Of a stretch of DNA of 64,000 nt, positions 29,641 to 37,800 are shown in pieces. A program made the translations under genes and the position numbers. The notes under the pieces are model-generated. The model did no database searches, was not told where the DNA came from, and was given only the letters and a program-made list of their open reading frames with translations. This DNA comes from a virus: positions 1-64,000 of IMG/VR virus record IMGVR_UViG_3300008740_000003. One strand, 5' to 3'. Numbering within the stretch: position 1 is the first letter of the stretch; each line of letters starts with the position of its first letter.

Positions 29641-31444
29641 ATCAGGTTATATTGCGGCAATAGCCAGAGGACATAATGCAGGAATATGTTTATTAAAAGA
29701 TGGAGAAATTGTTTTTGCAATAGAAGAAGAAAGATTATCTAGACACAAATACGATGGTGGTCCTTATCGTTCAATGATGGAAGTATTAAAATATACTGAC
29801 AAAATAGATTATTTAATTGTAGCTCATACACAACCATTAGATGATCCTACTACTGGTAAAGTAGATTATACTCATGATGATGTATATACAGGAATAGCAA
29901 GAAAATTAGGTTTAATAGATAGAAAAGCAAATTTAAAACAACACCCACAAGTAATTGACCTAAGTCATATTCATCATAAGTTACACGCCGGTTGTGCTTT
30001 TTATAGATCAGGATTTGATAAAGCCTGTTCGGTTATTGTTGATGGAGCAGGAACTTTTATGCCTGTTAATAATCAACTTACAGGAGATTTATGGATGTTT
30101 GAAATAGAATCTATTTTTGATTGTTCATATCCTAATAATATAACAACTGTATGGAAACACTACGGTACTGGTTCTGCGTCTCCTGGAGCACATATGACAA
30201 AAATGGATTCATCTAAAATGGGAGAACCTGGTAAAACTCATGAATGTTTATTTTCAGATGTAGCAGGAATTGTTAAAGTTTATGAAGCAGTTACTCAATA
30301 CTGTGGATTCTCAGCCATTGAAGCAGGAAAAACAATGGGATTATTTCCTTATGGAAAACCTAATGATAGAATTCCTCCATTATTTCATAATGAAATAAAA
30401 TATATGTCTTTATCTAATAGACATTTAATAATTCCTACATATCCTAATGCGGCAATAGTAAATGAAGGCATTTATGATTATTTAGATGAAACACCTACAG
30501 ACAATCCTGATGTTACTAAACTACCTAATAGAAGAGATTTAGCCTATGCTTGTCAAACAGAAACTCAAGCAGAAGTTTTAAAATTAATTTATAAAGCTGT
30601 AGAAATGACAGGTCAAAAAAATGTTGTATTATCTGGTGGATATGGATTAAATTGTGTAGCAAATTATTGGTATCTTGAGTCTTTAAGAAAAGATGGAATT
30701 AATTTATTTGTTGAACCAGTATCAAATGACGCCGGAACAGCCATTGGAGCGGCTCTTTTATTTTATTATGGTATGTCAGAAGATATGACAAAAAGACCAC
30801 TTACTACATTATGTCAAGGTCCAGAAAGAAAATATACATTAGAAGAAATAGAAAAATTAGCAAATAAACCTGGTGTTGAATTGATGGACGCAAACGATAA
30901 AGATGTAGTTAAATTAATGATAGAAAAAAATATTGTTTCAATGTTTCAAGGAAAATCAGAAAGTGGTCCAAGAGCATTAGGTAACAGAAGTATTTTATTT
31001 GATCCTTCATTTAAAGATGGTAAAGATTTTGTTAATATAGTTAAACGAAGAGAATATTTTAGACCATTTGCAGGATCTATATTACATGAACACGTACACG
31101 AATGGTTTGATTTAAGAGGAATGGAAGAAAGTCCTTATATGATGTATGCTGTAAATTGTCAAGAAGGAATAGCAGAAAAAATTCCTAGTATTATACACGT
31201 AGATGGTACTTGTAGAATACAAACAGTTAAAGAAGAACAAAATCCATTGTATTATAAATTAATTAAAGAGTTTTATAATCAAACAAAAATACCAATTGTG
31301 TTTAATACGTCATTTAATTTAGCTGGAGAACCACTTGTAGAAACATTAGAAGACGCTATATGGACTCTTGAACAATCTCTTTTAGAATATTTGTATCTTC
31401 CAGAATATGGAAAAATGATAAAGGTAAAAAATGTTAAGAAATAG
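29633..31444 (+). CDS. Carbamoyltransferase (NodU/CmcH/TobZ family)
   Basis: HNAG...EEERLSRHK, HHKLHA, VDGAG, GKTMGL, SGGYGLNCVAN, DAGTAIGAA, GPRALGNRS, RPFA, HVDGTCRIQTV, NTSFNLAGEP. Confidence 0.93.
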   Translation: MNKSGYIAAIARGHNAGICLLKDGEIVFAIEEERLSRHKYDGGPYRSMMEVLKYTDKIDYLIVAHTQPLDDPTTGKVDYTHDDVYTGIARKLGLIDRKANLKQHPQVIDLSHIHHKLHAGCAFYRSGFDKACSVIVDGAGTFMPVNNQLTGDLWMFEIESIFDCSYPNNITTVWKHYGTGSASPGAHMTKMDSSKMGEPGKTHECLFSDVAGIVKVYEAVTQYCGFSAIEAGKTMGLFPYGKPNDRIPPLFHNEIKYMSLSNRHLIIPTYPNAAIVNEGIYDYLDETPTDNPDVTKLPNRRDLAYACQTETQAEVLKLIYKAVEMTGQKNVVLSGGYGLNCVANYWYLESLRKDGINLFVEPVSNDAGTAIGAALLFYYGMSEDMTKRPLTTLCQGPERKYTLEEIEKLANKPGVELMDANDKDVVKLMIEKNIVSMFQGKSESGPRALGNRSILFDPSFKDGKDFVNIVKRREYFRPFAGSILHEHVHEWFDLRGMEESPYMMYAVNCQEGIAEKIPSIIHVDGTCRIQTVKEEQNPLYYKLIKEFYNQTKIPIVFNTSFNLAGEPLVETLEDAIWTLEQSLLEYLYLPEYGKMIKVKNVKK

Positions 31445-32378
31445 TGCTATCTTTTTAAATGGCGGTGCTGGAAGAATGATTAGTTCCATACCTGCATTAG
31501 AAAATTTTGAAAAAGAAAATCCTAATGATGATTTTGTAATAATTTGTGAAGGTGGAACTGATGTTTTAAAAGGTCATCCAACATTATATTATAAAACATA
31601 TGACAATTGGCATAAAGGACTTTTTAAAGAATTAATAAAAGATAGAAATTGTATTAATCCTGAACCATATAGAGTATGGGAATACTATACTCAAAAATGT
31701 AGTCTTGCTCAAGCATATGATATTGCAATTAATAATAAAGGTATAAGAGAATTACAAAAACCTACAATAAGATTAAGCAAAGATGAACTATTATATGCTC
31801 GAAAAATGTTAACTGAAGTAAAAGAAAAATGCAAAAAAGATAAAATAATTGTTATTCAACCCTTTGGAAGAGGTGTTAGAAAAGAAGATAAAGATGTAGT
31901 TGACATTACCGGCAGAAGTATGGAAACTAAAAATCTTTATAATATAGTAAGAAAGTTATCTAAAAAATATGCTGTAATGATTATGACAGAAACACCATTA
32001 GAATTTAATAAGCATATGTCATCACCTGTAGCTACACCACAAAACGTACATATTAGAATATGGATGGCTGTAATTAGACAATGTGATCACTTTGTAGGAT
32101 GTGACAGTGTAGGTGCACATATGGCTTATACTTTTGACACAACTACAACATCTATTATAGGATCTACATTTCCTATTAATACATCATTTCCAGATTATGA
32201 AAAATTTGATGTCATTGATTTGGGCAAAGAAGACCGTGTTTATAGCCCTATAAGAATTACTGTAGATGAATTTTCAGACCGTATAAACGAGGGTATTATG
32301 GAGATGAATGACCAACAAGAGCAACAAGTTATTGCATCTGTCAATAGAATGATAAAACACGGTAAAAATACCCGTTAA
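31431..32378 (+). CDS. GT-B glycosyltransferase, GT9-like (paralogue of 28663)
   Basis: GGAGRMISSIPAL; EPYRVWEYY shared with 28663; CDHFVGCDSVGAHMA. Confidence 0.7.
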   Translation: MLRNSAIFLNGGAGRMISSIPALENFEKENPNDDFVIICEGGTDVLKGHPTLYYKTYDNWHKGLFKELIKDRNCINPEPYRVWEYYTQKCSLAQAYDIAINNKGIRELQKPTIRLSKDELLYARKMLTEVKEKCKKDKIIVIQPFGRGVRKEDKDVVDITGRSMETKNLYNIVRKLSKKYAVMIMTETPLEFNKHMSSPVATPQNVHIRIWMAVIRQCDHFVGCDSVGAHMAYTFDTTTTSIIGSTFPINTSFPDYEKFDVIDLGKEDRVYSPIRITVDEFSDRINEGIMEMNDQQEQQVIASVNRMIKHGKNTR

Positions 32379-32444
32379 GCCCAATATCTACTTAAACTTT
32401 ATCCTAATAAAATTGGTAAATACACTTAAAGAAGGAATCTTCAT

Positions 32445-32867
32445 ATGTTTGATGTGTCAAAACTATTTGGAAAAGGCGATAAAAATACGCTATTAATGAA
32501 AAATGGGTTAAATTTTTCATATAATGGTCCGTATGCTACAGTTGTAGAAGGATTAATTTTAGACAGATTTCATGTTGGAACTTTTTGTTCTGCAGAATAT
32601 ACAATATCTATAGACTATGATACTAATAATAAAGAAATTATTAGAGCACTAGTAGTAGGTAGCCCATCAAATAGTTCTGTAACAATTTACGGAAGATCAA
32701 ATTTAGGAAATGATTTAGTAAAATTAACTAGTACAGTTACTAATTCTTATGTAGAATTAAAACTAGATCCTGAACAAAAAACATCAACAACAAAATATGA
32801 CGGTTCAAAAGCTATTTTCAAAGCAACATATTATCAAACAATGAATGCTTTGGTAGGTGGTGCATAA
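32445..32867 (+). CDS. Hypothetical (probably virion) protein
   Basis: 140-aa ORF with SD AAGGA and a GTAAATA promoter variant at 32416; beta-rich composition. Confidence 0.55.
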   Translation: MFDVSKLFGKGDKNTLLMKNGLNFSYNGPYATVVEGLILDRFHVGTFCSAEYTISIDYDTNNKEIIRALVVGSPSNSSVTIYGRSNLGNDLVKLTSTVTNSYVELKLDPEQKTSTTKYDGSKAIFKATYYQTMNALVGGA

Positions 32868-32908
32868 TATATGAAGTTATATTTTGATAAATATAGAGTA
32901 TAAAGACT

Positions 32909-34765
32909 ATGGCAGTAAATTATAAACAGTTTGAAGCAAACTATGGATTTAAGAGTCCAGGATTTACGGTTGACAATCTTGGTAATGTAATAGTAAGAAC
33001 AATTACTAATACATATACTCCAACTGCGACTGACTCTATAGATTATACAGTTACAGAATCTACAAATAATTTTAGTATTACAGATAAAGAAAGCAATAAT
33101 TTAGGATCAAATCCTGTTCTTGATTTAAAAAGAGGTACAACTTACGTTTTTAGCCTTGATACTACATCTGTTACATTTAATATTTTTGCACCTGATACAA
33201 ATAATAATTCAGTACCTGGTGAGCTTTATAATACTGGGTTATCACATACTACAAGTATTAATGGACAAAATCTTTCAACTGATACATGGACAGTTCAACA
33301 AACTTGGCAACAAGAAACAACAGCATATAGTAGACCTGTAACTGTTGTTGTACCTAATACTGTTGGAACATCCTTAGAAGGTAAACAAATTCCTGTAATT
33401 ATATCTTTACACAATGCAAATCAATCATCCGGAAATGCTATTACACATTTAAATTATCTAACAGATAAAATTATAGTTGCTCCTCAAGGTTATAGTAAAG
33501 AATGGAATGTTGGATATTCATCTAGTAAAGCAGATGATATAGCATATCTTGATGCAATAATAGATAAGTTAGCAACTTTTGATAACGTAGATATAAGAGA
33601 AATTTCAATTCATGGACAAGGACTTGGTGGTCAAATGGCACACCAATATGCTTTACAAACAACAAAAACAAATATTAAAAATGTAATTATTGAATCAGCA
33701 TTATTTAATGAAGATCAATATAGAGAAAATACAAACATTTTCTACAAAATGGCTTTATCTAATCTAGGAGATTCAACAGCAGTTTCTTGGACACCTGTAA
33801 CACCTTTAACTAAATCAAAAGTTGTAATGTTTCATGGTGAAGAAGATTTAGCGTATCCATTTAATGGAGGAGTTGTAGCAGGCGAAACTATTTTAACAGC
33901 GGCAACTACAATATATGGATGGGCAAAAGCCGTTGGTACTAGTCAAAGTAAATTAACATCTGGAACACTACAAAGTGATGGAGCAAGTTTATATTCTTAT
34001 AATTCAGGTGCAGTAGCATTATATGGCTATCCTAATGTAGCACAATCTTGGGAAGGAGCTGTAAAAACAAGCATTCAAACAAAAGTAAATGAAACAGCAA
34101 CACCTAGTTCATTTTTAGATATTCCTACAGCTTCAACTGTATCAGGAGCAAGTGCTCAAGCAAAAACTAAAGGACTTTTAAGTTTTATAGTACCAATTGA
34201 TGCCCCAGATAAAATATTTTATGGTGATGGAGACAAAATACCTAATGCGGCAATGAATATAACTAATCCTACGGTAACAGGAATTGGATCATTTAGTTCT
34301 ATTCTTAATACAGGAAATTTAATAAGTTCAGGTGTAGATGCAACTATAACAATTAGTCCTACAGGTACTGGTACAGTAGATATTAATCCAGCTGGCGGTG
34401 GTACTATAAACAATGTAAATGTTAATGCATCAAATTTAACAACATCTGGTGAAGTATCAATAACACCTAATTCAGACGTAACTATAAGCCCGCAAATAAG
34501 TGGAACACTAACAATTAATCCTACAGCAACAGGAGTTTTAAATAATGTAACTGTAGGGCAATCTGTTCCTAAAGCTGGGTCTTTTACTACTCTCGTTTCG
34601 ACGTCAGGAACGTTAAATAGTACTACAATTGGTACAACAACACCTGCTAATGCTGGATTTTTACAGGCATCGGGCGAAAATGCGCCTTCAACAGGTAAAC
34701 ACTTGACCAATAAAACTTATGTGGACGCAACTAGTATGGTTTATTCTATTGCGTTAGGAGTATAA
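32909..34765 (+). CDS. Virion protein with an inserted inactive alpha/beta-hydrolase (LpqC/PHB-depolymerase-like) domain
   Basis: PVIISLH...IVAPQG...WNVG....DDIAYL...HGQGLGGQMA...FHGEED; fibre-like C-terminus with TNKTYVD and YSIALGV. Confidence 0.7.
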   Translation: MAVNYKQFEANYGFKSPGFTVDNLGNVIVRTITNTYTPTATDSIDYTVTESTNNFSITDKESNNLGSNPVLDLKRGTTYVFSLDTTSVTFNIFAPDTNNNSVPGELYNTGLSHTTSINGQNLSTDTWTVQQTWQQETTAYSRPVTVVVPNTVGTSLEGKQIPVIISLHNANQSSGNAITHLNYLTDKIIVAPQGYSKEWNVGYSSSKADDIAYLDAIIDKLATFDNVDIREISIHGQGLGGQMAHQYALQTTKTNIKNVIIESALFNEDQYRENTNIFYKMALSNLGDSTAVSWTPVTPLTKSKVVMFHGEEDLAYPFNGGVVAGETILTAATTIYGWAKAVGTSQSKLTSGTLQSDGASLYSYNSGAVALYGYPNVAQSWEGAVKTSIQTKVNETATPSSFLDIPTASTVSGASAQAKTKGLLSFIVPIDAPDKIFYGDGDKIPNAAMNITNPTVTGIGSFSSILNTGNLISSGVDATITISPTGTGTVDINPAGGGTINNVNVNASNLTTSGEVSITPNSDVTISPQISGTLTINPTATGVLNNVTVGQSVPKAGSFTTLVSTSGTLNSTTIGTTTPANAGFLQASGENAPSTGKHLTNKTYVDATSMVYSIALGV

Positions 34766-34768
34766 AAA

Positions 34769-34864
34769 ATGGCTTGCGAAAACGAAAAATGTAAATGCGA
34801 AAATTGTACTTGTGATCCTTGTTTATGTACGGAAGACAAACAGTGTGAGTGTGCAAAGGAATAA
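34769..34864 (+). CDS. Metallothionein-like Cys-rich peptide (31 aa; not in the ORF track)
   Basis: MACENEKCKCENCTCDPCLCTEDKQCECAKE*: 9 Cys, four CxC pairs; SD AGGAG 8 nt before the ATG; exactly fills the gap between two genes. Confidence 0.75.
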   Translation: MACENEKCKCENCTCDPCLCTEDKQCECAKE

Positions 34865-34869
34865 TTTAA

Positions 34870-37800
34870 ATGGCTAAGAAAAAATTAAAAAATTATATAT
34901 TTCAAACAGGAATTCCTAAAAGCGGGAATAATTATCCTATTGCTCACAATCTTATCTCTAAAAACGTAGACTGGATTAAAGATGAGATGATGGGGTACAT
35001 CTTAGAAAAAACAAATTTACATACAAAAGCAGATATATATCCTAATACATCTAACAGAATTACAAACAATAGAACTTTTATTAAAGATGAAGTATGGGCT
35101 TGGGTGGCGGCACAAGTTGCAGGTAACGTTGCACCATTTGCCGGTTTCACTAAAACTGAAGACACTATAGAAGCAGATGTAGAAAAAGTAGTAGATGCTA
35201 TTGCACGTGACGTTAGATATGGTGGTAATGAAAATTTAAGAACTCAAACAGGAACATATTTTATAGATGGTGTACTTCAATTAGCTAATAGTGGAGATCC
35301 TGAAATCGCATATTGGACTTATATGCGAACACTTATAAAAGATTATATTTTACCTGGAAGTGCATTTAGTTCTTTACAAACTAGTACATCTTACACTCCT
35401 ACAGGAGCAACATATACGCCAGCAACTGGTGATATGATTTTAACTATTGGTGCTCACACTTTAACAGTTGGACAATCTGTTAGAATTAGTACACTTGGTT
35501 TAACTTTTACGTGTGCAAAGGACAACAATGCAACAAATCACAGTTATCCAAGAGCGTCTGGTTCAAACGCACCCGGTGGTGCTGATTATTTTTATAATAA
35601 ACCAGTTAAAATTACAGCTAAAGATTCAATGTCAATTACTATAAATGTAGGAGTATCTAGTAATACATCAGCACATACTTTTGTAAGTGCTTCTTCTGGA
35701 TCTGTACAAAGTGGAACAATACAAGATTTAACAGGAACAAATGCTGAAAGTGCCGGTGTTACAGATTATGATACAAAATTAGGTCAATTAATTAATACAG
35801 TTGACAATGGATATCTTCAATTACCAGCTTTAATAAGTAGCTCTTATAAATTTGAAAATTTTACTTATAATACAGACAAGTGTAATAGAGATTATCAATT
35901 TATTCTTGATGCATATCTTAATGATTTACGTTACAATGGTAACAAACAAACAAGATTTATTGCTTCTAAATTCTGGGTTGGAACAACTCCTCAGATAGAT
36001 GGTGATAGACAACCAGAAATTGCCGCAACAAATTGGGTTAGAGATTTAATAACTAATTACGTTTTAGCAAATAGATCAGTAAACTTCACTCCAACAAATG
36101 CAGTATACACACCTACAACTGGAGTAATGACATTAACTATTGGAACACACCCAATAACAGTTGGTCAATATATTAGAATTAATACAAATAGTTTGACGTT
36201 TACGTGTGCTATGGATAACCATGGATCAAATCATACATATCCAAGAGCAACAGGCTCGAATGCACCAGGTGGGGCTGACTATGCCTATAATGAACCAGTT
36301 TTAGTTACAGGAATAAGTGCAGATTCAATTACTGTAAACGTAGGAATATCAAGTAATACAACAGCACATACTTTTGTAAGTGCTACTACAGGTGCAGTTA
36401 CAAGATCAAAACAAAGCCCAGTTGTTACTACACAATTTACAGATGGAACTCTTTCTGAATCAAATGCGGCAAGTAGAATAGTAACATTGTCAAATATTAT
36501 TGCTGATGTAAAAGAATTTGGTTTAGATAATTTACCAACATTAGAAAAAAATGAAGTATCTAGTTTAAAAGTTGTTAATCCAGGTGGACAAGTTAATCAT
36601 GAAGATATTTTATTAATTACAAACACTACAAGAAATACTGTATTATATAATTTTGCAGATGCAAGTCTTGGTTGTACAGTAGAATATGAAAAAGAAGAAG
36701 ATGATGATTTTAAAGCATTCTTACAAGGTAGTGATACTGTAACTACAATATTTTTAAATGCTGATACTAGTACACACTCATTAACTGATGCAGTATCTAT
36801 TTTTATAGAAGGCGGAGAACTTAAAACAAGACCATTTGATTTTGGTACTGACGCAATTGAAAGATTTAGAATTGCAAAACCACAATCAATGATAGATGCT
36901 GACTTTGAGTATGGACTACAGCCAACCAAGTGGCAAGCGATTGCAACACAAAGAGGTTATCCATCAATTTACGAAGTACCGGGAACAGATGTAGATATTG
37001 CATCAGTAACAACTGACGCATCAACTGGTACAGCAGGAATAGGTGCATCATTAATAACTGTAACAACAGTTGGTCCTCACTCCATGTTAGCAGGAGATCC
37101 ATTAACTATTATAGGTTTTGCAGGATCAGGAGTAGAAGGGGCAGGTAGAGCCCAAGGGTCATTTGTTGTAAATGCTATAACATCTAATAAAATTTTTAAT
37201 TACTATGCAAAAGCAAAAGTAGGAACATCAAACGCACAGGTCATATCAACTAAATTTACTCAAATGCGTAAAGGTGCATTTTATACTGGAGCAGATTTAG
37301 GAGAACCGACTTTCTCTGTTGTAACTCAAGGATCAAGTGGATCAGTTGCAACTTCATTAAAAGTATTATCAGGACAAACAATTGTTCCATTTACTGGAAC
37401 AGCTCCTCCAACAGGAGCACCAGTGGCAGGAACAGGTATTGCAACTGGTACACAAATTACAGCAATTACAGGTTCAGGTGGAGCAATAGTTAGTCCAAAA
37501 ATTAAAGGAGATTATGCTTCAGGTGTAACTCAAGTTGAAGTCGTAGATGCGGCTGGTATTTTACAAAATTCTGTAATGGATAGAGGTGATGGGTTTGGTA
37601 CAAATATTATAAACGTTAATGGAATGGTTTTAACTTTATCAAGTCCCTTACAATCAAGTTTAATAGGTGATCAAACAGTTTATCAAAATGTTGCTGGATT
37701 AAACAGATCACCAAATGGTTCAGGTGCAACTTGGAATGTAAGTTGGACTGGTGGAACTTATACTGTTGCAATATCTGTAACTGGTCTAAATTATCAAGTA

